In this document: positions 26,455-35,273 of the stretch, in pieces | How the letters are laid out: every line of letters begins with the position of its first letter | How positions within the stretch are numbered: the stretch's first letter is position 1 | NCBI GenBank assembly: GCA_032126655.1 | Contig: JAQBAU010000012.1 | Location: 1-52,806, forward strand | DNA from: Desulfobacterales bacterium | GTDB lineage: Bacteria > Desulfobacterota > Desulfobacteria > Desulfobacterales > C00003060 | Reading direction: 5' to 3' | Length of the DNA stretch: 52,806 nucleotides | Position numbers and translations under genes: made by a program | Notes under the pieces: model-generated | The model's input: only the letters and a program-made list of their open reading frames with translations | What the model was told of the DNA's origin: nothing | Database searches by the model: none

Positions 26455-26901
26455 ATGGATGACACCGATAGAGCCATACTGAACCGAATTCAATCTGATT
26501 TTCCAATTGCTTCCCGGCCGTATCTGATCGTCGCTCAGGAACTGGGTTTGGAAGAAGATGAGGTCATCAGGCGCATAACTCATCTAAAAGACAGCGGAAT
26601 TATCAGGCGCATAGGCGCCAATTTTGTGCCTGGCAGGCTTGGATTTGTCAGCACACTTTGCGCGGCCCGAGTTCCGAAGGACAAGATCCCTCTGTTCTCG
26701 GAGACCGTGAACCGATACCCGGGAGTCACTCACAACTATCGGCGGGACCATGAGTACAATATTTGGTTCACGTTTATTGCCGAATCCATGGAACGGATAG
26801 AGTCGTATTTGAAGGAGATAGCCTCCAAAACGGGTGTAACCGAGATACTGAACCTCCCCGCCACAAAAGTGTACAAGCTCAAGGCACAGTTTGAGGTGTA
26901 G
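26455..26901 (+). CDS. AsnC/Lrp-like siroheme decarboxylase subunit (AhbA/AhbB, NirD/H family)
   Basis: MDDTDRAILNRIQSDFPIASRPYLIVAQELGLEEDEVIRRI..GIIRRIGA matches the Ahb/NirDLGH family pattern. An alternative GTG start is at 26437. Confidence 0.7.
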   Translation: MDDTDRAILNRIQSDFPIASRPYLIVAQELGLEEDEVIRRITHLKDSGIIRRIGANFVPGRLGFVSTLCAARVPKDKIPLFSETVNRYPGVTHNYRRDHEYNIWFTFIAESMERIESYLKEIASKTGVTEILNLPATKVYKLKAQFEV

Positions 26902-27073
26902 AATAGGCCCCTGGCAGGGACTGATAAACCATTTGTATTTTCATAAAATCGCGAAATAGTTCTAATTTGTTTACATTTTCTGCCAGCTGCTTAGATGGTT
27001 TTTCCCACCCAGTCAGCACCACCAGCCGACAGTTGGTATCCGCCGATGGGTCACAGGCCCTTGAGAGGATAGC

Positions 27074-27904
27074 ATGAAAGACCTCCGTATTGCCGCTGTA
27101 GTTATGCGATCCGTGTTGGGGGAGACATCGGACAACCTGAATCGCACCGCAGCTTGGGTCCGAAAGGCTGCATCAGAGGGGGCAGGTCTGGTCTGTTTCC
27201 CCGAGTTGAACTTGACGGGATACAGTGTGCGCGAGGTCGCTCGTTCGGTGGCAGAACCTGTTCCAGGTCCTCTGAGTGAGGCAGTGGTTCAAATGGCTCA
27301 TGAAAGCGGGGTGCTCATCCTGGCAGGTCTGGTTGAAAAGGGCGCGGATGGAAGTGTATTTGCGAGCCAACTGGTTGCGAGTCCACAGGGCTTTCAGGGC
27401 GTCTATCGTAAATGTCACCTCAGCCCGTTTGAACAGCCGCTCTATTCCTCCGGGAACGCCCTCCCTGTGTTCAATTCCGGGGACGCAAACTTCGGTATAG
27501 AGCTGTGCTATGACACCCACTTCCCGGAGTTGAGTACTCTTTTGACCCTCAAAGGGGCAGAGATCCTGTTCTGTCTCCATGCTTCCCCGCGTGGCACACC
27601 CGAGGAGAAGCAACGCAGCTGGATGCGACACCTCACTGCCAGGGCATACGACAACGGCGTTTTTGTGGTGGCATGCAATCAGACAGGTGACAACAATGAT
27701 GGACTGGAGTTTCCGGGCTTGGCGTTCGTATTGAACCCCTCTGGGGAAGTGATTGATGAAGACATAAGTGGAGAGGAGGGGATTCTTATTGCGGATCTCA
27801 CTGCAGCTCAACTGGCCCATGTTCGGGAGAACAGGATGCGGTTCTTCTTACCCAATCGACGTCCCGAATTATACGAGGGCTTAACCGGCAAAGGACCTGC
27901 CTAA
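27074..27904 (+). CDS. carbon-nitrogen hydrolase (nitrilase superfamily)
   Basis: Catalytic Glu context CFPELNLTGY and Cys context GIELCYD. Confidence 0.8.
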   Translation: MKDLRIAAVVMRSVLGETSDNLNRTAAWVRKAASEGAGLVCFPELNLTGYSVREVARSVAEPVPGPLSEAVVQMAHESGVLILAGLVEKGADGSVFASQLVASPQGFQGVYRKCHLSPFEQPLYSSGNALPVFNSGDANFGIELCYDTHFPELSTLLTLKGAEILFCLHASPRGTPEEKQRSWMRHLTARAYDNGVFVVACNQTGDNNDGLEFPGLAFVLNPSGEVIDEDISGEEGILIADLTAAQLAHVRENRMRFFLPNRRPELYEGLTGKGPA

Positions 27905-28173
27905 GAGATCGACGACGCCTTCAAAGATTGGGTCAAGAAAAGTGACCGATTTGCTTGACTTAGAGCCTACGATATGTTACCAGCAACACGTGGAATGGCT
28001 TCATTTGTTTTTCAGCTTCACACCTTCGGGTGGGGCAAAGCAGTGGTTTGGGATAGGAATTTTGCAGATTCTAGGAAGATGCCAGCAAGGTCCGCAGACC
28101 TTGTTGGCTTTTTTTTTCTGTCAGGTCCATATCCCAGCTCAAGCTAATATGTTGTGAAAGGGGGGATATGGTT

Positions 28174-28374
28174 ATGGCAGAAGGCGTGGTGAAGTGGTTT
28201 AACGAGAAGAAGGGCTACGGTTTCATCAGCATGGACGAAGGTCAGGATGTCTTTGTTCATTACAGCTCAATTCTCGGAACCGGTTTCAAGTCTTTGTACG
28301 AGGGCCAGCGGGTTCGATTTGAGGTCGAGCAGGGAGACAAGGGTCCTCAGGCAGTGAATGTTGAAACCACGTAG
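28174..28374 (+). CDS. cold-shock protein (CspA family)
   Basis: [15 protein letters not shown] (RNP1) and VFVHYS (RNP2). Confidence 0.92.
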   Translation: MAEGVVKWFNEKKGYGFISMDEGQDVFVHYSSILGTGFKSLYEGQRVRFEVEQGDKGPQAVNVETT

Positions 28375-28504
28375 GATGAAAGGTTATAGACCATTGCAGG
28401 GAAATCTTTAGACCGAACGTTGAGGCCCGCGGCAACCCAGGAAAAAGAAAAATCAAGATTGCGATGACGCGGGCAACAAACCGCTAAATTAAGAATTGAA
28501 TCGA

Positions 28505-28543
28505 GAGCCCCGTCTCCTTGGTGACGGGGTTTCTTGATTCTTG
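28505..28543 (+). terminator. terminator-like hairpin downstream of csp
   Basis: ccccgtc-tccttggt-gacgggg followed by tttcttgattctt. Confidence 0.5.
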
Positions 28544-28611
28544 TGGCCCCGGTATTTTGGATTTAAGAAGCTTGGTGTCACCGTTCGCAGGATCTACTGT
28601 TGAGAGATGGC

Positions 28612-29301
28612 ATGATTAAGCGCAGTTACACGCTGCCTGAAGTAGGGGAAGTTTCTCGCACGCACTGTATTCGCTGTGGAACCTGTTGTGCGAAAGGGGG
28701 ACCCACCCTGCACGACGAAGACGCCGTCCTGTTCTCTAACGGAGTATTGAACAAGGCCGATGTTTACACCCTTAGAAAAGGCGAAATCGTACGAAATATC
28801 AATGATACGCTAAAGGTCATCGAGCAGGAAATGGTCAAGATCAAAGGGCAGGGTGAGTCGTGGTCATGCATGTTTCACGATGATGACGAGAATGCATGCA
28901 AGATCTATCAGGACAGACCTGCAGAGTGCAGGGCATTACAGTGCTGGGATCTGAAAGGTCTGAGGGAAGTCATGGCAAGACCGTGTCTTCAAAGGAAGGA
29001 CCTTATCAACCCGGGTGATGGCGTTCTCAGAATCATCGAGGCCCACGGAGAGAAGTGTGCCTATGCAGCCCTGGATTCGGCAGTAAAAGAATTGCAGCAG
29101 CCAGACTCCGACAAGGCCGCGGAAAAGATACTCGACCTTCTGCAGTACGATGACTACCTGCGGCCCTTCTTGGCAGAGAAGCTCAAGATGGATCCGAATG
29201 TGATGGATTTCTTCTTCGGCAGGCCCTTGAAAGACACTATCCGCATGCATGGCCTCTGTGTCAAGGAAGATGGCAATGGCTTCCTTCTGACCAAAGCATA
29301 G
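28612..29301 (+). CDS. YkgJ/UPF0153-family cysteine-cluster protein
   Basis: HCIRCGTCCAKGGP (CxxCxxCC) plus a downstream CKIYQDRPAECRALQC. First ATG is 28612. Confidence 0.7.
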   Translation: MIKRSYTLPEVGEVSRTHCIRCGTCCAKGGPTLHDEDAVLFSNGVLNKADVYTLRKGEIVRNINDTLKVIEQEMVKIKGQGESWSCMFHDDDENACKIYQDRPAECRALQCWDLKGLREVMARPCLQRKDLINPGDGVLRIIEAHGEKCAYAALDSAVKELQQPDSDKAAEKILDLLQYDDYLRPFLAEKLKMDPNVMDFFFGRPLKDTIRMHGLCVKEDGNGFLLTKA

Positions 29302-29304
29302 ATT

Positions 29305-29449
29305 AGAAGCCACTTCAAAACCTTAGATCGCGGTCGAGGGCAAGACGTCCCGCGAATTTAAGACGGAGCGTACACGTCAGTACGTGAGTATTTCAATTCG
29401 CAGGACAACACAGCCATCGGCCGTTAGATGGGGTTTTAAAGTGGCTTCT
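29305..29449. repeat. ~145-nt nested-palindrome element filling the convergent YkgJ/def spacer
   Basis: Outer arms agaagccacttcaaaacc / ggttttaaagtggcttct (17 of 18 complementary). Inner arms gcgaatt / aattcgc. Core is ggagcgtacacgtcagtacgtgag. Confidence 0.7.
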
Positions 29450-29969
29450 AGAGCTGGGGGGCTTCCCTCTGCTTCAGTAGTTTTTTCAGCTTTCTCTTGT
29501 ATAGCTCACGCCTGAGTTTGCTTATATGGTCAATAAATAGAACGCCATTCAAATGGTCAATCTCGTGCTGCAGGACAACGGCACCAAGTCCTTCTTTCTT
29601 TAACGTCACCGGATTTCCTTCCCTGTCGACACCCTCCACGGTCACACGTGCGGCCCGTTTGACCTCGGCCCTACAGTCAATGACGCTCAGACATCCTTCT
29701 TCTTCGACAATGAGTCCATCAGCTTCGATGATTTCTGGGTTGATGAGTACCACGAGATCGTTGGGTTCATCCTTGGGTGAAGTGTCGTAGATAATGATGC
29801 GGCAAGGCTCCCCAACCTGATTGCTCGCCAACCCAATCCCCGGGGCGTGATACATGGTATCAGCCATGTCATCAATCAGCTGCTGGATCCTGCCGTCTAA
29901 ATCGGTGACGGGTTCCGCACGTTCTCGCAAGACCGTGTCCGGGTATGTAAGTACTTTCTTTATTGTCAT
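29448..29969 (-). CDS. def: peptide deformylase
   Basis: GIGLASNQVG, EGCLS and HEIDHLNG motifs. Confidence 0.93.
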   Translation of the reverse strand: MTIKKVLTYPDTVLRERAEPVTDLDGRIQQLIDDMADTMYHAPGIGLASNQVGEPCRIIIYDTSPKDEPNDLVVLINPEIIEADGLIVEEEGCLSVIDCRAEVKRAARVTVEGVDREGNPVTLKKEGLGAVVLQHEIDHLNGVLFIDHISKLRRELYKRKLKKLLKQREAPQL

Positions 29970-30040
29970 CCTTCGGTTTACCCTCTGCTCAACCCACTAT
30001 AATTCAAGAGTAATGACTGTTTTTCAATAAGTCAATCCAC

Positions 30041-30073
30041 AAACAGAAAAGACGCCGCTAAGCGCGCGGCGCC
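30041..30073 (-). terminator. terminator-like hairpin after the Mrp/NifX-like gene
   Basis: Minus strand reads ggcgccgc-gcgctta-gcggcgtc followed by ttttctgttt. Confidence 0.5.
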
Positions 30074-30171
30074 TTTCTGTGCTGGTTGCAGAGGGATGGC
30101 AATAAACACTAGTTATGACATTCAGGAGGTTATCTATCTATCAGTTCGTTTTTGACCTTCGTTGCATTCCA

Positions 30172-31398
30172 TCAGTGGTCACAAACGTTCTCTCCAGTGA
30201 CCAGGGCGCTCGCAAGGTACTGCTGGACCAACTCCTCCGGGGTGAGGCTTGGGGCACCCGTGAGGACCTTGATGCCGTTTTCACCAAATAGTGCCTGGGC
30301 TTTTGAACCCATGCCCCCCGCAATAATAACGTCCACGCCAAGATCCCCGAGCCATTTCGGCAGTACCCCGGGTTCGTGGGGCGGCGGCGTCAGGAGTTCT
30401 TTGTCTTTTACTTCCTGATTTTCTACGTGAACGATGGCAAATTCCGCTGCATGACCGAAATGCGCTGTTAGCTTCCCTTCGGCAATAGGAATGGCAATCT
30501 TCATAGAACTTCCATCTTGTCCCTTGAGGTTCGATTTGGTCTCAGACACTTCTACCTGTTTACTTTCCACGATCTGTTCCACAATGTCGTTGAACACTTT
30601 TGTTGCTTCCGAATCTGGATTTTTCTCGACGTATGATTCTCCTGCATCGGAGCACTCCACCATTTTGGGATCGATGGGGATTCGACCCAAATACGGAACA
30701 TTCATGGCTATGGCTGTTTTAAACCCGCCCCCAGAGCCAAACAGATCTATCGATTGACTGCAATGGGGGCACACAAAACCGCTCATGTTTTCCACCAATC
30801 CAAAGATAGGCATATTGACAGTTCTGCAGAAGTTGATCGATTTTCTAATGTCAGCCAGGGAAATCTCCTGCGGTGTGGTCACGATAATGGCCTGGGCGCC
30901 AGGGATGGTTTGCGCTACGGAAAGTGGTTCGTCTCCCGTACCGGGTGGTGAATCGATAATCAGATAGTCGAGTTGTCCCCAGTGGACGTCTGAGATGAAC
31001 TGGCGGATGACATGCATTTTCATAGGCCCTCGCCAGATTATGGCGTCATCTGCATCTTGGGATAGAGATTCAATGGAGACCACACCCAAGTTCTCTGAAT
31101 AGCGCTTTGGGAGCAGATGTCGATCATCGTTGACGTCAAGTAACCCAGTCAGGCCGAGCATTCTCGGGACATCAGGGCCGTGCAGGTCTACATCCATGAG
31201 ACCCACCTTTGCTCCTTTTTTTGCCAGGGCCACGGCCAGATTCACGGAAACACTGGTTTTGCCGACGCCACCTTTGCCGCTCATGACTAGAAATTTTTTC
31301 TTGATCAGACCCAGAGATTCCTGGATCGCCTTATCTTGCGGGTCAACCTCCGCACCGTGCTGGCACGTACCTGATCCGCAGTGTTTTGTGTCACTCAT
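30172..31398 (-). CDS. Mrp/NBP35 (ApbC) Fe-S carrier ATPase fused to a C-terminal NifX/NifB-type (Nitro_FeMo-Co) domain
   Basis: Cys-rich N-terminus (HCGSGTCQHG), deviant Walker A SGKGGVGKTS, Mrp CxxC (FVCPHCSQSIDLFG). The C-terminal ~110 aa (MKIAIPIAEGKLTAHFGHAAEFAIV...VIIAGGMGSKAQALF) is NifX-like. Confidence 0.8.
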   Translation of the reverse strand: MSDTKHCGSGTCQHGAEVDPQDKAIQESLGLIKKKFLVMSGKGGVGKTSVSVNLAVALAKKGAKVGLMDVDLHGPDVPRMLGLTGLLDVNDDRHLLPKRYSENLGVVSIESLSQDADDAIIWRGPMKMHVIRQFISDVHWGQLDYLIIDSPPGTGDEPLSVAQTIPGAQAIIVTTPQEISLADIRKSINFCRTVNMPIFGLVENMSGFVCPHCSQSIDLFGSGGGFKTAIAMNVPYLGRIPIDPKMVECSDAGESYVEKNPDSEATKVFNDIVEQIVESKQVEVSETKSNLKGQDGSSMKIAIPIAEGKLTAHFGHAAEFAIVHVENQEVKDKELLTPPPHEPGVLPKWLGDLGVDVIIAGGMGSKAQALFGENGIKVLTGAPSLTPEELVQQYLASALVTGENVCDH

Positions 31399-31520
31399 AT
31401 GGAACCCTCCTTCATTGGTATTGTGTCAAAAGATTTATGCTTCATGTCACATGACAATAAGCACGAACAGATTGGGTTGCAAGTGCGGGGGGCCTGGCCT
31501 GTCCCTGTGGCAGACCCTTC

Positions 31521-31883
31521 TTACGCCCAATGACCCTCTACATTTGGCCCGTCCGTGGTTTCGAGTTGCCCGCTCCTATATTGCGTAACGGCATCTATCA
31601 CGCGCCCTTGGGCGCCTGTTACTACCTTGACGCCGGCAGCCTTCAGCACTTGAAATGCCTTTGGGCCGCAGTTGCCGGAGATCAACACATCTGCTTTCTG
31701 ATCCACGATGGTCTTTGCGGCCTGTATCCCTGCCCCTTGAGGCAGATTGAGGTTCTGTTCGTTTTCCACAACCCCATACTCGAGCGTCTCTGAGTCCACA
31801 ATAACGAAATACTTCGCTCTCCCAAAAAGGGGATCCATGTCTGAAATTAGTTCATTCCCAGTAGATGTGACGGCTATCCTCAT
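31521..31883 (-). CDS. NifX/NifB-family (Nitro_FeMo-Co domain) cluster-binding protein
   Basis: MRIAVTS...FGRAKYFVIVD...VLISGNCGPKAFQVLKAAGVKV. Confidence 0.75.
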   Translation of the reverse strand: MRIAVTSTGNELISDMDPLFGRAKYFVIVDSETLEYGVVENEQNLNLPQGAGIQAAKTIVDQKADVLISGNCGPKAFQVLKAAGVKVVTGAQGRVIDAVTQYRSGQLETTDGPNVEGHWA

Positions 31884-31899
31884 TGTTGGTCATGCCTCC

Positions 31900-32196
31900 T
31901 TATGGATGGAAACTAGCTTGTTTTAGAACCTCCATGAGTTCATCGGCCCTGTTGTACCCCGCGACCTTGACTTCGACTTCCTTGACGCCCCCTGTTTCTT
32001 GAACGGCCCTCTGAATATCATAAGCGAACTTAAAGGCCATGGGGCAGACCGGAGAAGACGGATGAAATGTCAAGCAAACCCTACCATCTAGGTCCACGAC
32101 CAGGTCTCTGACCAATTTCATGCGCATGATGTCAAGATTGGTGCCGGGGTCGATGACCCCCTTTAACGCATCTTCTATGTCTTGTTTGAGTGTCAT
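31900..32196 (-). CDS. DUF59 (SufT/MIP18/PaaD-like) metal-sulfur cluster assembly factor
   Basis: 98 aa. ALKGVIDPGTNLDIMRMKLVRDL...HPSSPVCPMA. Confidence 0.7.
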   Translation of the reverse strand: MTLKQDIEDALKGVIDPGTNLDIMRMKLVRDLVVDLDGRVCLTFHPSSPVCPMAFKFAYDIQRAVQETGGVKEVEVKVAGYNRADELMEVLKQASFHP

Positions 32197-33128
32197 CGGG
32201 GATTCTTAAGTTGATAATAGGCTACTGAGCCGTCGCTCACTATGGCAATTGATTGGTTTTTAACCAAGGGCTCGATGTATTTCAAAATTTCATTTCTATG
32301 TACTTTGAGTGCGGAAGAAATATCGTCCAATGTGCACGGGCGCCTTGCAAGGATGTTCAAGAGATCTTCCTCAATATCAGCGCCTCTCTCATATCTCTCA
32401 GTGTCCTTGAACGGGGTAATGACTTCGGCCTGTTCTCCTATGATGTTGCAGAACGTGTTCATCTCTTGCACAGGAACCCTCCGTGCATATGACTCAGCCG
32501 GAGGGCGAACGGCTGTATTAACGTGTACCTTTTGGGGGTTCACCTTTTCAATCCAGTGTTTGAACTGTGTTGCGTCAGTTGGGGTCGCATTAATGCCATC
32601 CAAAATGAAGACCTCGAGCCATATTTGTCCGGAGTATTCCTTGCGAAACTTGAACAAGCCCTCGAGTACCGACTCAAGCCTGATTTCAGGATGGGGGCGA
32701 TTGATGGTTTGAAACCCTTCTTCATCATGCGCATCAAGGGAGGGAAGTACTGCATCGGCCTCCATTAGTGATTCCCGCACCTGCCTGCTTCCCAAAAGGG
32801 AGCCATTTGTCAAGACAGCCACCGGAATCTGAGTAAGTTCCTTGATTTCGTGAATCAATGGTCCGATTTCAGTGTTCAATGTGGGCTCCCCTGAGCCCGC
32901 CAGAGTGATGTAGTCTACGTCGACACCTTCTTCGAGCTTCTCACGTACTTGAACAAGGATCTCTTCAGCAGGTATGTATGGCTTTCGCTCGATGGTTCTC
33001 TGTTTGGTTCGTCCGAGTTGACAATAGATGCAGTCGTATGAACACACCTTAAGCGGTACCAAGTCAACCCCGAGAGAGCGACCCAATCTTCGTGAGGGCA
33101 CGGGCCCGTATACCAAACGCTGTTTCAC
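32193..33128 (-). CDS. radical SAM protein (COG0731-like)
   Basis: YGPVPSRRLGRSLGVDLVPLKVCSYDCIYCQLG carries the CxxxCxxC triad. GSGEPTL is the SAM glycine motif. 4-nt overlaps on both sides. Confidence 0.8.
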   Translation of the reverse strand: MKQRLVYGPVPSRRLGRSLGVDLVPLKVCSYDCIYCQLGRTKQRTIERKPYIPAEEILVQVREKLEEGVDVDYITLAGSGEPTLNTEIGPLIHEIKELTQIPVAVLTNGSLLGSRQVRESLMEADAVLPSLDAHDEEGFQTINRPHPEIRLESVLEGLFKFRKEYSGQIWLEVFILDGINATPTDATQFKHWIEKVNPQKVHVNTAVRPPAESYARRVPVQEMNTFCNIIGEQAEVITPFKDTERYERGADIEEDLLNILARRPCTLDDISSALKVHRNEILKYIEPLVKNQSIAIVSDGSVAYYQLKNPR

Positions 33129-33994
33129 GATCGATCCTTCATGTAGTGCTCGACCCTATTCCATATCCCTTCTATGGCTTTGGAGACGTCCCCGTCTGCG
33201 AACTCCACAATGCTTTTACCAGCCACCATGGCATGAGTCACTGCCGTATCATAGGGGATACGGCCCACCATCTCAATTTGGTTTTGGGCACAGTAATCTG
33301 CAATCTGATTCGATATGTCCTCGTTCAAATCGAATTTATTGACACAGACAAGTGTTGGTATCTTAAAGTGGTCAGCCAATCCTCCAACCCGCTTGAGGTC
33401 GTGCAAGCCTGACAAAGTGGGTTCGGTCACGATGAGAACTGCACTGGTTCCGGTTATGGAGGCAATGACGGGACACCCGATTCCTGGGGGGCCGTCCACA
33501 ACGATCGTCTCAAATCCTCGCTCTTCAGCCAACACCTTCGCCTGGTTTCTCACCAAACTGACCAACAATCCAGAGTTTTCTTCGGCAATGCCCAACTTGG
33601 CATGGACCATGGGGCCACACCGGGTTTCCGAGATGTACCATTTGCCACATATATTCTGGGTAAAATCAATGGCATCGACCGGGCAGAAATGGACACACAC
33701 GCCACACCCTTCACAGTCTATTTTGTTGACCACAAAGTCCGGCCCGATTGCCTTGAACTGGCAGAAATCCAGGCATTCCCCACATTCGATGCACCTTTCG
33801 GGGTCTACCTGGGCGGTTCTTCCCCCCCTAAAATCCTCTTCATGCTGTATTTCAGGAGCGAGTATCAAATGGAGATCGGCCGCATCTACATCCGCATCAG
33901 CTAGAACCTTGTTTTCGGCAAGAGCCGCAAAAGAGGCTACAACACTGGTCTTCCCGGTGCCCCCCTTCCCACTTATGATCGTCAGTTCTCTCAT
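33125..33994 (-). CDS. MinD/ParA-type P-loop ATPase with inserted 2x[4Fe-4S] ferredoxin motifs
   Basis: SGKGGTGKTS, CIECGECLDFC and CEGCGVCVHFCP. ATG 33994 follows gaagg. Confidence 0.8.
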   Translation of the reverse strand: MRELTIISGKGGTGKTSVVASFAALAENKVLADADVDAADLHLILAPEIQHEEDFRGGRTAQVDPERCIECGECLDFCQFKAIGPDFVVNKIDCEGCGVCVHFCPVDAIDFTQNICGKWYISETRCGPMVHAKLGIAEENSGLLVSLVRNQAKVLAEERGFETIVVDGPPGIGCPVIASITGTSAVLIVTEPTLSGLHDLKRVGGLADHFKIPTLVCVNKFDLNEDISNQIADYCAQNQIEMVGRIPYDTAVTHAMVAGKSIVEFADGDVSKAIEGIWNRVEHYMKDRS

Positions 33995-34019
33995 GCACAA
34001 AACCTTCAGTTATTTCCCG

Positions 34020-34853
34020 TTAGGACAATTCTTTTATCTTTTCATACATTTTCCGGAAACGATTCCTCATCTCGGGTACGACGTCTACCATCATGATGCC
34101 GCGGGAATATGCCTCTGCGATCTTTCGGTCATTTGGGATCTCCATCAGGATCGGTATCCCTTCTTCTGCGGCATATGCGGTGACCCGATCGTCTCCTACA
34201 TCACAGCGGTTCACGATGATCCCAAGGGGAATTCCCAGGATACGCACAGCCCCAACCGCAAGCTTCAAGTCGTGCAGCCCGAAGGGCGTGGGCTCGGTAA
34301 CCAGAATCACGAAATCTGCACCTTTCAACGCTACAATGACCGGGCAGGATGTCCCGGGTGGAGCATCAATGATGGCAATCTTACCCGGATCGATATGCTC
34401 CTTAACCCGCTCAATGAGGGGCGGAGACATTGCCTCGCCAATCCGCAACAAGCCATGAAAAAACTCTACCAAGCCGGATGTGCCTGTTTCCAATTCGCCA
34501 AGCGCCCGGCCCTTCTCGCTTATCGCTTCTTTGGGACAGACCATCATACACCCCTTGCAGCTGTGACAGAGCTCCGGGAAGGTCAGAACTTTTTTCCCGA
34601 TGACAGTGATGGCGCTGAACTGACAGATCTCTCCGCACTCTCCGCAAAAATCGCACTTATCGAAATCGACTTCAGGGACTGGCGTAGTCACCACCTCGGT
34701 GTGGTCAATCTTAGGCTTCATGAAGAGGTGGGCATTGGGTTCTTCCACATCGCAGTCCAGCAGCTGAACATTCCCGTTCAGCGACACGGCCAGATTGGTC
34801 GCAATCGTGGTTTTGCCCGTACCCCCTTTTCCGCTGGCAATACAAATGATCAT
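34020..34853 (-). CDS. MinD/ParA-type P-loop ATPase with inserted 2x[4Fe-4S] ferredoxin motifs (paralogue)
   Basis: SGKGGTGKTT, CDFCGECGEICQF and CHSCKGCMMVCP. Confidence 0.8.
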   Translation of the reverse strand: MIICIASGKGGTGKTTIATNLAVSLNGNVQLLDCDVEEPNAHLFMKPKIDHTEVVTTPVPEVDFDKCDFCGECGEICQFSAITVIGKKVLTFPELCHSCKGCMMVCPKEAISEKGRALGELETGTSGLVEFFHGLLRIGEAMSPPLIERVKEHIDPGKIAIIDAPPGTSCPVIVALKGADFVILVTEPTPFGLHDLKLAVGAVRILGIPLGIIVNRCDVGDDRVTAYAAEEGIPILMEIPNDRKIAEAYSRGIMMVDVVPEMRNRFRKMYEKIKELS

Positions 34854-34936
34854 CGGTCCACCTCGGTATGACTACAGCTTACTGACATCGTAGCCATTGA
34901 CTTTCAACCAGTCCTCCCTGCTGGCACTCTCAGCAA

Positions 34937-35025
34937 CTGGAGTAATGGAGTACTGGAGTGATGGAAAGACAAAGCAAATGCCGTTTCAAACTCGATCTCT
35001 CTTCCCAATACTCCAACACTCCATG
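34937..35025. repeat. imperfect palindrome built from 8-nt periodic units (copy 1)
   Basis: Left arm ctggagtaatggagtactggagtgatgg. Right arm cccaatactccaacactccatg. Both arms recur in inverted orientation at 44225-44320. Confidence 0.8.
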
Positions 35026-35033
35026 CCTTTCTT

Positions 35034-35234
35034 CTATTCCCGCGTCATTGCTTCTTGACATTTGGGGCATTTTTCCTCAAAGCACGGTTGTCCCTTCTTG
35101 TGCGGTACACGTTCACCGCACTTCGGACAAACGCAGTCTCCACCTGGACCCCTGCCAGGCCTGCCGCCCTGTCCCGTGCCCCTTCCCGTGCCAGAGCCTT
35201 GGCCTGTGGGACCTGTTTTATCTCCTTGTGGCAT
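35034..35234 (-). CDS. DUF5320-like Gly-rich small protein with C-terminal CxxC...CxxC zinc ribbon
   Basis: [24 protein letters not shown]...[30 protein letters not shown] 35234 is the likely start; the listed ORF extends to 35273. Confidence 0.55.
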   Translation of the reverse strand: MPQGDKTGPTGQGSGTGRGTGQGGRPGRGPGGDCVCPKCGERVPHKKGQPCFEEKCPKCQEAMTRE

Positions 35235-35273
35235 TGTAATCTCCTTCGTTAACGTTAGAAATTGGAAACTCAC

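Noticed and set aside
33315-34871. 518-aa plus-strand ORF across the two MinD-ferredoxin genes.
   Set aside because: It is antisense to two genes with clear Walker A and 4Fe-4S motifs. Its translation has no domain signature and a biased Ser/Pro/Arg composition.
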